A stretch of 64,000 nt of DNA from an uncultured Gammaproteobacteria bacterium (GTDB lineage Bacteria; Patescibacteriota; Patescibacteriia; JAHIZJ01). Where the stretch lies: the NCBI GenBank assembly GCA_964594455.1, contig CAZQLY010000001.1:97-64096 (forward strand), in the 5' to 3' direction. Numbering within the stretch: the first letter of the stretch is position 1; each line of letters starts with the position of its first letter. Position numbers and translations under genes: made by a program. This document shows positions 9,095-18,989 of the stretch, in pieces. The notes beneath the pieces are model-generated. The model was given only the letters and a program-made list of their open reading frames with translations, was not told where the DNA came from and ran no database searches.

Positions 9095-10711
9095 ATGAAA
9101 GACAATAATCCACAGGGTCTATCCACAATCGCGCTAGTATTAATCACAATAGTTGTGATCGCATCCGCGGGTTTGATTTGGTGGGAATTCAATAAACAGG
9201 AAACCGAAGAAGACAACGTGGTTATTAATAGCCAAACCAATACTACAGAAAATGTTAATTCTTCTGTTAATACCTCAGATTGGCTGACTTATACAAATGA
9301 TGAGTATGGGTATTCACTTAATTACCCAAGCACGTGGTTTATGGAAGAGCGAGTAATAACTTATGAAAATAATAATGTTGATCAGGCATATTGGTATATA
9401 AATATTACTCCCGAAAACCCAAGTCAGAGTGATATTCAAACACAGTTTGCCATCACTCTATTTAATGCCTTGTCAGACGAAGCACCTGATCAAACATTTC
9501 TACGCGTAACGGGTAAAGATATATCTAATCTGAATAAAGAAATAAAGAATGTTGATGGACTTGAAGGATATTATTACAAAGATGTGCCTGCACTTACTCC
9601 ATACAATATGATACTAATTGAAAAAGATAATTTGTTATTTTCTTTAGAACAAGGAGAAATTTCAGAAGACGATTATTTCGATATTATCGATAACGTTCAG
9701 TTTATAGATAGTAATGTAGATACTTCTAGTTGGTTGATTTACACGAATGAGGAGTATGGGTACTCTTTTGAGTATCCACAGAACTATCAAGTGAAGGAAT
9801 TAGTAAATGTTGATGTAGAGGGGTATGTGAATTTAAGTAATAATGATGCAAGTATGAGTTTATATGTCATGGACGGACCGCTTGATCCTATGCATATCCA
9901 AGGTATATATGGAGAAAGGACAGCCGATGAAATAACTACGGTATCTGTTAGTCTCCAAACGGGATATCAATATCGTGAAGGAGATGCGGGGTGTGGTGGA
10001 GATAACGTCCAAACATCATTAACGAATGGCATGATATTAAAGATACAGTTTACTGAATGTATGGATACAACAAATATCCTGTATTCAAATATTGCTTTGC
10101 GCAATCAAATCTTATCAACATTTGTATTTTTTGATAGTTCAGTTGACGTTAATTCCATGTTAAACTCTAACACTAATTCCAATACAAGCAGTAATACAAA
10201 TTCAAGTAATACTAATGAATCAGAAAGCACGGGAGATAAATCATCTGAACCAGAAGATGAAGATATTAATGATTCGTCCTGGTCCGTCTATGAAAATGAT
10301 TTGAGGAAATTTAGGATACAGTATCCCGGTGGCTGGGAGGCTGTTGAGTATCAGGATTATACAGTGGGGTTTCAGCCAGAGGGGTGCTCGTATTATGAAA
10401 CTTATCCAAGCGATACAGCTTATCCGATTCATATTTCGTATAGTACGGATCATAAATCAATCCAATCTATTTTAAAAAACCACCCCACAGATTACTATGA
10501 TAAATATGAACTTGGCAACGTTACTGGTTATGGTATATACGAAGATTATGATGATATTGAACAGGTTTATGCACCGGTGCCCGCAAGCCGAACAGTATTT
10601 ATACAAGGGCAGTATTATGTCGAGACCGAGGATGATTGTACAATGGACAAGGAATATTTTCGTAATACATATTTATCTATGTTAGAGACATTTGAAGTCA
10701 TTGAGGATTAA
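9095..10711 (+). CDS. Membrane-anchored surface protein with three PsbP-like repeats and an Asn/Ser-rich linker
   Basis: N-terminal TM; three W..Y.N..YG.S..YP-type domain starts. Confidence 0.75.
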   Translation: MKDNNPQGLSTIALVLITIVVIASAGLIWWEFNKQETEEDNVVINSQTNTTENVNSSVNTSDWLTYTNDEYGYSLNYPSTWFMEERVITYENNNVDQAYWYINITPENPSQSDIQTQFAITLFNALSDEAPDQTFLRVTGKDISNLNKEIKNVDGLEGYYYKDVPALTPYNMILIEKDNLLFSLEQGEISEDDYFDIIDNVQFIDSNVDTSSWLIYTNEEYGYSFEYPQNYQVKELVNVDVEGYVNLSNNDASMSLYVMDGPLDPMHIQGIYGERTADEITTVSVSLQTGYQYREGDAGCGGDNVQTSLTNGMILKIQFTECMDTTNILYSNIALRNQILSTFVFFDSSVDVNSMLNSNTNSNTSSNTNSSNTNESESTGDKSSEPEDEDINDSSWSVYENDLRKFRIQYPGGWEAVEYQDYTVGFQPEGCSYYETYPSDTAYPIHISYSTDHKSIQSILKNHPTDYYDKYELGNVTGYGIYEDYDDIEQVYAPVPASRTVFIQGQYYVETEDDCTMDKEYFRNTYLSMLETFEVIED

Positions 10712-10750
10712 TATAATGATCAATTATTCAATAAATAAGGTATAAAAACC

Positions 10751-11500
10751 ATGGTAGAAAACATTAACCAATCATCACCCAAAGGTAATAAAACAGGCCT
10801 AATCATCCTAATCCTGGCTGCTGTCATTGTAATCGCTGGAGGTTTATGGTACGCCTTGGCTGGAACTGATGAAAATACCAACAATGAAAATAATACCAAC
10901 ACTGTAGCCAATGAGAATGCAAACACGAATGTTAATACCAACACTGCAGCAAACACCAACGCAGAAACAAATTCCAATACCAATACTGCAACCAACACCA
11001 ATTCCTCTGTGGATACTTCTGATTGGCTGACTTATACGAATGAGGAGTATGGGTTTAGTTTTAAATATCCACAGGATTGGAAGCAAGAATATATATTTGA
11101 AAACGATAGTACGAAAACTGTATATGAGAAACCGCTTCAATATTCACTTATTACAAGTGCTGATGGAAATTATGAGCTTGTATTGGGTGTAAAACGTACA
11201 AACGATAAGGGAACAATTTACTATAGAACTGGTATTGGCGCAGGAGACATCAGTGAAGGTGATCCAATAATAATTATGAATACGAGCATAAGTACATGGA
11301 AGCGCGTTTTTGAGGACAAAGTTGTAGAAATTTTCCTTTTTCCAGTTGAAGAGGGAGTTTCACCAAACATAATAAACAATCACGAAGTGATAGCTAGCTT
11401 TAGTATAGTGAATAGTGATACCTTAAATTCACCTAATCTGGTTGATACTAACGAGTATAGAATAGTGCTTTCAATACTACAGTCATTGGAAGTATCATGA
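10751..11500 (+). CDS. Surface protein: TM, Asn/Thr-rich linker, PsbP-like domain
   Basis: NTNTNS-type linker, then DTSDWLTYTNEEYGFSFKYP. Confidence 0.8.
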   Translation: MVENINQSSPKGNKTGLIILILAAVIVIAGGLWYALAGTDENTNNENNTNTVANENANTNVNTNTAANTNAETNSNTNTATNTNSSVDTSDWLTYTNEEYGFSFKYPQDWKQEYIFENDSTKTVYEKPLQYSLITSADGNYELVLGVKRTNDKGTIYYRTGIGAGDISEGDPIIIMNTSISTWKRVFEDKVVEIFLFPVEEGVSPNIINNHEVIASFSIVNSDTLNSPNLVDTNEYRIVLSILQSLEVS

Positions 11501-11510
11501 GGACCCTCTT

Positions 11511-11541
11511 ATTAGCTAGATAGATATACTATCTAGCTAAT
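11511..11541. repeat. Perfect-arm hairpin ATTAGCTAGATAG-ATATA-CTATCTAGCTAAT
   Basis: 13-bp perfect inverted repeat between genes. Confidence 0.7.
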
Positions 11542-11583
11542 TTGGAGGCTTTGTTCTTTCACAACCAAAAAAGGAGTCTTACG

Positions 11584-12162
11584 ATGAAAGGGACTCTGTT
11601 TATTCTAGGGTTGCTGGTCCTGGTACTTTGTTTTCCGGTACCATCAATGGCTGGTGATGAGTCGTGTTGTGGACATTCATCTCCAGGTAACCCTTACCTT
11701 TGCTATGGAGATGGAAATTGTACCTGGTGGGCGTGGCACTGCCGTCAAGATCTACCAGCATGGAGTGGTAATGCTGCAACTTGGCTAGCTAATGCTGAAA
11801 ACGATGACATCGACACTGGAACGACACCACTAGTGGGAAGCATCGCTTGTTTCCCAAATATGGCCGGAGGTGCAGGACACGTTGCCTGTGTTACAGCAGT
11901 ACACCTCGACGGTTCATTTGATGTAACGGAAATGAATTGTTGGCCAGGGTTTAATGGTGTTGATGCAAGGCTCTACTCATCGGGAAGCGCTACAGGCTTC
12001 ATCTACGGCGGCCCGGTCAACATGTATAGTCTCACCTACGCCGGTCAGTCTCCGACAGATCCATCCGGGATTCTGAAGCTCCGTCCTCTGGAGACCGTGA
12101 ACTGCTGGCTGGATGTGAATGTATTGAGCGGTAGTGCCCCGATCTCCAGCATGATACAATAA
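11584..12162 (+). CDS. CHAP domain amidase/peptidase, secreted, possibly C-terminally truncated
   Basis: SD AAGGAG; signal peptide; GNCTWW, GNAATW, GHVA, TEMN motifs. Confidence 0.85.
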   Translation: MKGTLFILGLLVLVLCFPVPSMAGDESCCGHSSPGNPYLCYGDGNCTWWAWHCRQDLPAWSGNAATWLANAENDDIDTGTTPLVGSIACFPNMAGGAGHVACVTAVHLDGSFDVTEMNCWPGFNGVDARLYSSGSATGFIYGGPVNMYSLTYAGQSPTDPSGILKLRPLETVNCWLDVNVLSGSAPISSMIQ

Positions 12163-12282
12163 CTCTGTGCACAACTCCTCTTGACCCTTAATTCTCTAAG
12201 ATTTAACATTAAAGTATATGAGAAAGACGGGTCTCAAGAGAGTTCCGTTTTATTTATTTAATAAAGTTATTAAGAAACACCT

Positions 12283-12984
12283 ATGAACAACCTAAACCAA
12301 AAAGGGTTATCAACAACAACTTTAACTATTATTATCCTGGCAATTATTATTATTGCCGGAGGTTTATGGTACGCTCTTTCCGGAACCAATGACAATACCA
12401 ACAATTCTAATAACACCAACACTGTAGCAAATGGGAATGCAAACATGAATGTGAATACCAGCACTGCGGTAAACACCAACACAGAAACAAATTCCAATAC
12501 TAATACTTCAACCAACACCAATTCGTCTGTTGATACTTCGGATTGGGAACTATACGTTAACTCTAATCATAATTTTAGCCTAAAATTTCCCAGAGACTGG
12601 GGGTTTATCAGTGAATTTGATGGTAGTTTTAATCCTGATATTTTGAGCGCATCCTATATGACAACAAGTTCGTTTGTTACGGGTACAGAAGATTCTGGAC
12701 TAATGTTGTCATTTACATTTGGCAGTGGTAAAACGATAAACGATATATTGAATGAGGTTCATACGACCTCTGAAGGAAGTAGCAAACTGGTTATAAGTCA
12801 TAAAGAAGTAACTTTATCCTCAGGTACATCTACTACAGTGGTTAAATACGATCCTACGATAAAAGGACATACAACAGAGTATTTGTTTCAAACTGACTCT
12901 GGTGTGATTGCATTGGGTCTTTTATCAGAGAACGATGAAACTGTTATGGTTTTGAATACCTTTTTATTGGTTAGTAACCCATAA
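12283..12984 (+). CDS. Surface protein: TM, Asn/Thr-rich linker, PsbP-like domain (paralog of 10751)
   Basis: Near-identical N-terminal region up to SSVDTSDW, divergent afterwards. Confidence 0.8.
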   Translation: MNNLNQKGLSTTTLTIIILAIIIIAGGLWYALSGTNDNTNNSNNTNTVANGNANMNVNTSTAVNTNTETNSNTNTSTNTNSSVDTSDWELYVNSNHNFSLKFPRDWGFISEFDGSFNPDILSASYMTTSSFVTGTEDSGLMLSFTFGSGKTINDILNEVHTTSEGSSKLVISHKEVTLSSGTSTTVVKYDPTIKGHTTEYLFQTDSGVIALGLLSENDETVMVLNTFLLVSNP

Positions 12985-13063
12985 AGCGATTCATATCGTT
13001 TTATGTATGTATAGAGCTCATTAACAATTAGCCCGTAGAAGAGCAACAGGAAAGGAGAGAATC

Positions 13064-15379
13064 ATGAAGTGGTTTATTTTCGCAGGCGTTATTATGGGTT
13101 CGTTATTCGTTGGAATCCAGGAATGCAGTGGTTACGCTTGTCCATTGATTGAGATGGAGCTTGTTCAGGGGTTTGGTGGCACGCACGTAGGTGCAGATTA
13201 CGATGCAGATGCTGGTGACCACGTCTATGCCCTTGCTGATGGTAGGGTGTGCTTCTACAAAAGTGATGCAAGTTGTATGGGGGGAGGTAATGGCAAGGAC
13301 TGTGATTGTGTGGATGGGGAAGTAATCTTTGTTCGTCATCAAAAACCCAGTGGGACCTACTTCATCGCGATGTATGGTCATATTAAGAACGTCCCGTCTG
13401 AATTTGCTGCAATCACGCAATACACTGAGAGTGGGCCCATTGTAGAAGCAGGGGAACAGATTGCTGAGATTGGTGTTTATGCTCCTTGTAGGGACTGTAG
13501 TCCTCGTTGCGATCACCTTCATCTGGGGATCTGGGATAGCGAAAACCAAATGCCATCTAGTGGATGGGGATATGGTAATGCATGCTATAAAAATCCTTCA
13601 GGTTGCTGGGTTGCTCCTGAGTCATTTCTAGGAACCTGTACTGATCCTCAGGTCCTCACCTTCCTTACTTCTTTCGTCGACTTCACTGTCCAGGAAGAAG
13701 GACCGTACTTTCCCAACCAGGTGATTCATTGCACTATGAGATGGAAGAATGAGGGAAGTGCCACTTGGTCAAGCACTCCGGGTGACAACTACGTTGAATT
13801 GGGTTCGTGTAACATCAACCAGAACATCGTACCTAGCTGGCTCTATGATTCTAGCTTGGGTTGGATCAGCAACTTGGTGCCGTGTACATTCGATGGAGAC
13901 GATGTCGGCCCAGGCGAGACTGCGACATTTGCTTTCCCTGGCAAGATTCCGAGTGATGCTCAAGCAGGACAGACGCCGGTTTACTTCGGCGCTGTCTACG
14001 ATGCGGCTATCATGGAGGAATGGGAAGGTAACGGTATCACTCTGACAATCGTCGAAACTCAGCCTGCCCCTGAAAACACCCCTGACGTCGTTCGGCTGAG
14101 GCCGGATGGAGAAGGGGGGTGTGATTTCCGGGTAGCAGCCAGTGATGGAGATGATGCCTACGACTATGGTTCCTGGCTGGCCATTGATTGGATGCCGGAT
14201 ACCTGGTTTGTGGCAGATGTGCACAACGATGGTCTGGATGATCTGGTCTTGGTCCGGGGCGATGACATCTACGTGTCTAAGTCCTATGACGACCATTTCC
14301 GAGACTCGCCATTGCTCTGGAAGTCCAATTGGGGCAATCCGTCCGGCACCTACGGCTATCTGCCGTGGATGTACTACGGAGACAGCCGGGTTGATCTGAT
14401 CCATTACCGGGCAGTCAGCGCCACCCAGGTCAGATGGTGGGGACTGAAGTCGATGGACACCTACTATTCGGATTTGGGTGTGTTGGTCAGCAATGCTGGC
14501 AACCAGAGTGATTACTTTTTCAGCGTTGGTTCATTCCATGGGCAACGCCGGGAGGATATCATCTTTGGCCGGAGACTTTCTGGGTCAAACCAGCTGCACT
14601 ACCGGGTCAGTGAGCAGATTACGGATGGCAGTTTCCAGGATAACGGATGGTGGGATGGCAATTTCGGGTTCTACTATTCTCGCATCCTGGTGGCTGACAT
14701 TGACGGCGATGACTATGACGATCTGGTGGGCGTGACTCATCAGGGCAGCGATGTCATGCGGGTAACCTGGGGCCGGAATACTCACAGCGAATCGTTCACT
14801 TATGGTTCTCTTCTGAGTTCCGACTTTGGCAACGGTGACAGCCAGTACTTCATTGCTGACGTTGACCAAGATGGCCACGATGATCTCATCTATGTCGGTG
14901 GCAACGGCAATATCTATTGGGCCAGGACCTATCACGATGGATCCGCCTGGAGACTTTCTTCTCGAAACACCTGGATCAACTACTTTGCCCAGGGATCGGC
15001 TGATGAGTTCAGGTTCGGCAACGTGACCGATCAGATCCCAAGCGGTCAGGGCAGGTTTACTCCTGAGAATCCGGGAGTGAGCTTGAAGGAAGTGGCGACA
15101 ACCACTCAGCCGGGTGTTTCCAGACTGCAGCTGTCAGCTTCACCCAACCCCACCAACCTCTCCACGGTCATTGCCTATGCCTTGCCGCAAGCCGGCCAGG
15201 TGAATCTGAGTGTCTACAACGTGGCTGGACGTTTGGTCAAGACGTTGGTCGACTGCCGACAGCCAGCGGGCGAGTACAGCGTTACTTGGGACTCAAAGCA
15301 GGAGGACTTTGGGATCTACTTCTGCCGCCTCAGCTTGGGGAACGATCTTTCCTCTCGGAAAATCGTTCTGCTGAAGTGA
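13064..15379 (+). CDS. Secreted multidomain protein: M23 peptidase, Ig-like domain, FG-GAP/VCBS repeats, C-terminal FlgD-Ig/T9SS-type sorting domain
   Basis: HVGAD, YGH, HLH; ADVHNDGLDDL-type repeats; PNP...IAY.LP..G.V.LSVYNVAGRLVK...GIYFCRL...KIVLLK tail. Confidence 0.85.
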   Translation: MKWFIFAGVIMGSLFVGIQECSGYACPLIEMELVQGFGGTHVGADYDADAGDHVYALADGRVCFYKSDASCMGGGNGKDCDCVDGEVIFVRHQKPSGTYFIAMYGHIKNVPSEFAAITQYTESGPIVEAGEQIAEIGVYAPCRDCSPRCDHLHLGIWDSENQMPSSGWGYGNACYKNPSGCWVAPESFLGTCTDPQVLTFLTSFVDFTVQEEGPYFPNQVIHCTMRWKNEGSATWSSTPGDNYVELGSCNINQNIVPSWLYDSSLGWISNLVPCTFDGDDVGPGETATFAFPGKIPSDAQAGQTPVYFGAVYDAAIMEEWEGNGITLTIVETQPAPENTPDVVRLRPDGEGGCDFRVAASDGDDAYDYGSWLAIDWMPDTWFVADVHNDGLDDLVLVRGDDIYVSKSYDDHFRDSPLLWKSNWGNPSGTYGYLPWMYYGDSRVDLIHYRAVSATQVRWWGLKSMDTYYSDLGVLVSNAGNQSDYFFSVGSFHGQRREDIIFGRRLSGSNQLHYRVSEQITDGSFQDNGWWDGNFGFYYSRILVADIDGDDYDDLVGVTHQGSDVMRVTWGRNTHSESFTYGSLLSSDFGNGDSQYFIADVDQDGHDDLIYVGGNGNIYWARTYHDGSAWRLSSRNTWINYFAQGSADEFRFGNVTDQIPSGQGRFTPENPGVSLKEVATTTQPGVSRLQLSASPNPTNLSTVIAYALPQAGQVNLSVYNVAGRLVKTLVDCRQPAGEYSVTWDSKQEDFGIYFCRLSLGNDLSSRKIVLLK

Positions 15380-15506
15380 GGACGGTGCTTAGCTTTTTTA
15401 CGCATATTGACGGGATATGTACGGGTATCTTGTTATTATGCAAGTGCCCGTATTTTTTTCTATGCGGCTTTTATTGTATTAAAAAACATGCTATACTATT
15501 AGCGTT

Positions 15507-16415
15507 ATGATGTATGTTTTGTCCATATTAATAAGGAAATTCGTCAGGGACGTGATTTTGATTCTTGTTATAAGTGCGTTGATAATTACGTACTTTGTTT
15601 TTTATACTAATGTTCATCCGGAGCAGATTGTAGATGAGAGAGACCCCAGCTATGTAAATCTGGATGATTTTGAGAATGTGAATTTTACCAGCACGGTTGA
15701 TGAAAAGATTCTTAAAGGCTGGTTCATCCCGGCGGATCGAAAATCGCGCGAAGATCCCAGGCCGACCATTATAGTAATGCATGGCTATGGATTGTCTAAG
15801 TCGCATTCTCTAGACTGGAGTTACTATTTGGCTGAGGATTATAATCTGTTTCTTTTTGACTTCCGAGGGCATGGCGCCAGCGAGGGTACGGTCACAACAT
15901 TTGGCAACAAAGAAACCAGAGATCTCTTGGGCGCTATTGAGTATTTGAAAACCAGGGATGATATCGATACTACTCGCTATGGCTTGTTGGGATACTCTTT
16001 GGGTGCCAGCACAGCGGTCATTTCAGCTCAGATTACAGCTGATATAAAAGCCGTAGTGGCTGACAGCCCCTATGCTTATTTGACCGATGAAATGGACCGC
16101 TTATATGAGGATTATTGGATATTCCAGAAACCCTTATCTTGGCTGACAGGTCTCTGGGCGCGCGTTCTCATCCGAACCAATCCGTCGGACGTAACTCCGG
16201 CCGAGAGCATCAAATATACAACAGCTCCGATGCTGTTGATGGGAGCAGAAGATGACTCTGAAGATGCTGGCAATAGCGCTCAACGTATATATGACAATGC
16301 CCTGTCTGAGAATTCAGCCCTCTGGACAGTGCCAGGCAATCATATGTCGTTATTTGGCACTCACCGGGAAGAATACAAACAAAAGGTCCAAGATTTCTTT
16401 GATGCGAATTTATAG
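15507..16415 (+). CDS. Alpha/beta fold hydrolase, membrane-anchored
   Basis: HGYG, DFRGHGAS, GYSLG nucleophile elbow. Confidence 0.9.
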   Translation: MMYVLSILIRKFVRDVILILVISALIITYFVFYTNVHPEQIVDERDPSYVNLDDFENVNFTSTVDEKILKGWFIPADRKSREDPRPTIIVMHGYGLSKSHSLDWSYYLAEDYNLFLFDFRGHGASEGTVTTFGNKETRDLLGAIEYLKTRDDIDTTRYGLLGYSLGASTAVISAQITADIKAVVADSPYAYLTDEMDRLYEDYWIFQKPLSWLTGLWARVLIRTNPSDVTPAESIKYTTAPMLLMGAEDDSEDAGNSAQRIYDNALSENSALWTVPGNHMSLFGTHREEYKQKVQDFFDANL

Positions 16416-16497
16416 TATAGCCTAGTTGTTATCGGAGGTATTTATGCCCAGTTCAGGGCATTTTTATATTATCGGGAAATATGGTATAATCACTGAC

Positions 16498-17679
16498 GTG
16501 GATAACAAAACAATTCGAAATATTTCTCTGAAAGGGAAACGCGTTTTGTATCGCGTAGCCTACGACGTTCCGCTGACAAAGAAAGGCGGCCAATATGTGG
16601 TTCAAGATGATACCCGAATCCAGGCCTCTATCCCAACTCTGCAGTATTTACTGAAAAATAATTGTCGGATTGTTATATTAACTTGGTTGGGCAGGCCAGG
16701 AGGACGGCGTCAAAAGAAATACCAACTTGATCCAGTAGCCAAACGCCTGTCTCGACTTATAAAAAAGCCTGTTGTTAAGTTGAATGATTGTGTTGGGACT
16801 CGAGTAAAAAAGCGTGTTTTAAATATGAAACCCGGAGAGGTAATCCTGCTTGAGAACGTTCGTTTTCATAAAGAAGAAGACAAAAAAGATGTCAGGTTTA
16901 TGAAACAGCTGGCTGAGTTGGGAGAGATCCAGATTTTTGATGCTTTTGCTCAAGCTCATCGGGATGTTGCTTCAATCATGGGGCCGCAGCGTTATTTGCC
17001 CACTGTGCCGGGGTTCATTTTAGAAAAAGAAATCAGCCATCTGGGCCAATTAATCAAAAAGCCTAAACGTCTTTTTGTAGCTGTCATCGGCGGAGCCAAA
17101 ATAGAAGATAAAGTGGCTTTGTTGGAACAGCTTCTGAAAAAAGCCGACTCTGTGCTGATGGGTGGTGTTTCAGCTAACGCGTTATTGCAGGCTAGGGGTC
17201 ATTTTGTCGGTAAATCAAAAATAGACTCCCAGGCGATTAGGGTGACTAAACGCATTAAACTGAGAAGTCCTAAACTCATACTGCCGATTGATTTCGTTAC
17301 AGCTCAAGGTATTGGAAAAAAGTATCCAACCCAAGTTAAAGCGATAGATGACATTGAGGCCAATGATTATTTGTTTGATATCGGACCCAGGTCAATAAAA
17401 CAGTACTCTTCAATAATTAAAAAAGCTCGAACGGTGTTGTGGAGCGGACCGCTGGGATATTTTGAAATGCCACAGTTTAGCCAGGGCACTTATCAAGTCG
17501 CCCGAGCTATCGCTCGAACCAAAGGCCAGACGATTGCTGGCGGAGGAGACACTGAAGCGGCATTGGAGCTTTCTGGTGTGGAGAAGAAGATTGATTTTGT
17601 TTCTACCGGCGGCGGCGCCATGCTGGAGTATTTATCAGGTAAAAAATTAGTAGGTTTAAAATTTTTAAATAATAAATAA
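16498..17679 (+). CDS. pgk: Phosphoglycerate kinase
   Basis: LLENVRF, IGGAK, DIGP, GGGDT, VSTGGGA; likely GTG start at 16498. Confidence 0.95.
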   Translation: MDNKTIRNISLKGKRVLYRVAYDVPLTKKGGQYVVQDDTRIQASIPTLQYLLKNNCRIVILTWLGRPGGRRQKKYQLDPVAKRLSRLIKKPVVKLNDCVGTRVKKRVLNMKPGEVILLENVRFHKEEDKKDVRFMKQLAELGEIQIFDAFAQAHRDVASIMGPQRYLPTVPGFILEKEISHLGQLIKKPKRLFVAVIGGAKIEDKVALLEQLLKKADSVLMGGVSANALLQARGHFVGKSKIDSQAIRVTKRIKLRSPKLILPIDFVTAQGIGKKYPTQVKAIDDIEANDYLFDIGPRSIKQYSSIIKKARTVLWSGPLGYFEMPQFSQGTYQVARAIARTKGQTIAGGGDTEAALELSGVEKKIDFVSTGGGAMLEYLSGKKLVGLKFLNNK

Positions 17680-17697
17680 TTCTTTTTCGGAGGAACT

Positions 17698-18966
17698 ATG
17701 TCAACAAAAATTGAAAAAATGATTGCTCGGGAAATATTAGATTCACGCGGAAACCCGACGGTAGAAATCCGAGTATATTTAGAAAATGGAGTTCGGGGCC
17801 GGGCTTCAGTACCAGCCGGCTCCTCAAAAGGGTCCAAAGAAGCCTTAGAGCTTCGAGATGGAGACAAAAAGCGTTATAACGGACTAGGCGTACTCAAGGC
17901 CTGTGAATTAATCAATGACAAGTTGAGCCAAGAGTTAAAAGGCCTGGATGCTCTGAAGCAAAGCGAGGTTGACAAACGATTAATCGAATTAGACGGTACG
18001 GATCAGAAAACAAAATTAGGCGGAAATACTATTTTGGCCGTGTCTCTGGGCGTGTTAAGGGCTGCAACCAAGTCGCAGAAGCTCCCTCTTTATAAATATC
18101 TCCGCCAGCTGTCATCCCAGGCCACTTCAAAGGACTATCCTTTGCCAACGCCAATCATGAACATTTTTAATGGCGGAAAACACGCTGATACTAATCTTGA
18201 TTTCCAAGAATTTTGGATTATCCCATCAGCTGGGGACACGATCAGAGAAAGAATCAGAGTTGGCTCTGAAATCTTCCATCAATTAAAGGAAATTCTTCAG
18301 GCCGAAGGTTTGGATACCGACGTAGGTAATGAGGGTGGTTATGCTCCAGACATTAATTCTAGTATTGATGCTATGGAGTGGATAGTAGAGTCAATTAAGA
18401 AATGCAAGTATAAGCCGGGCAAGGACGTGTTTATGGGTATTGACGCTGGGGCTAACACTTTTTACGATCGGGAGCGCGACACCTATTTCATTGAAGTAGA
18501 GGATGCAGCATTTGATACAGACAAGTTGATCGATTTGTATGATCGTTGGGCCAGTCAATATCCGCTCCGACTGCTTGAGGATGGTTTACGCGAAGATGAT
18601 GCGATCGGTTGGCAGAAACTGACCAAAAAGCTCAAGGACAAAATGACTGTTATTGGCGATGATATCTTTTGTACCAATCCTAAAATCTTGAAAGATGCTA
18701 TCAAGAAAAAAATTGGTACTGGCATACTGATTAAACCGAACCAGGTCGGTACTATTACCGAGACGATAGAAACGCTGGAGCTGGCAAAGAAAAATAATTA
18801 CGAAACAATAGTATCTCATCGTTCGGGCGAAACAACCGACACTACCATTGTTGATTTGGCTGTGGGATTAAAAGCTGACTATCTGAAGGCTGGTTCGGTC
18901 TCGCGCGGTGAACGTGTAGTCAAATATAACAGGTTAATGGAGATCGAAGACGAACTCAAGCGGTAA
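17698..18966 (+). CDS. eno: Enolase
   Basis: EILDSRGNPTVE, SHRSGET, RVVKYNRL. Confidence 0.96.
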   Translation: MSTKIEKMIAREILDSRGNPTVEIRVYLENGVRGRASVPAGSSKGSKEALELRDGDKKRYNGLGVLKACELINDKLSQELKGLDALKQSEVDKRLIELDGTDQKTKLGGNTILAVSLGVLRAATKSQKLPLYKYLRQLSSQATSKDYPLPTPIMNIFNGGKHADTNLDFQEFWIIPSAGDTIRERIRVGSEIFHQLKEILQAEGLDTDVGNEGGYAPDINSSIDAMEWIVESIKKCKYKPGKDVFMGIDAGANTFYDRERDTYFIEVEDAAFDTDKLIDLYDRWASQYPLRLLEDGLREDDAIGWQKLTKKLKDKMTVIGDDIFCTNPKILKDAIKKKIGTGILIKPNQVGTITETIETLELAKKNNYETIVSHRSGETTDTTIVDLAVGLKADYLKAGSVSRGERVVKYNRLMEIEDELKR

Positions 18967-18989
18967 TTTTTAAACGTAACTAGTTTGTA

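Noticed and set aside
10870-11010. Short AAC/AAT-rich repeats, considered as CRISPR or a DGR template
   Set aside because: They are the in-frame Asn/Thr linker of a surface protein; there is no repeat-spacer periodicity and no similarity to the 54430-54571 region.
13103-15026. Multiple overlapping ORFs on both strands
   Set aside because: Shadows of the 771-aa gene, caused by higher GC content.
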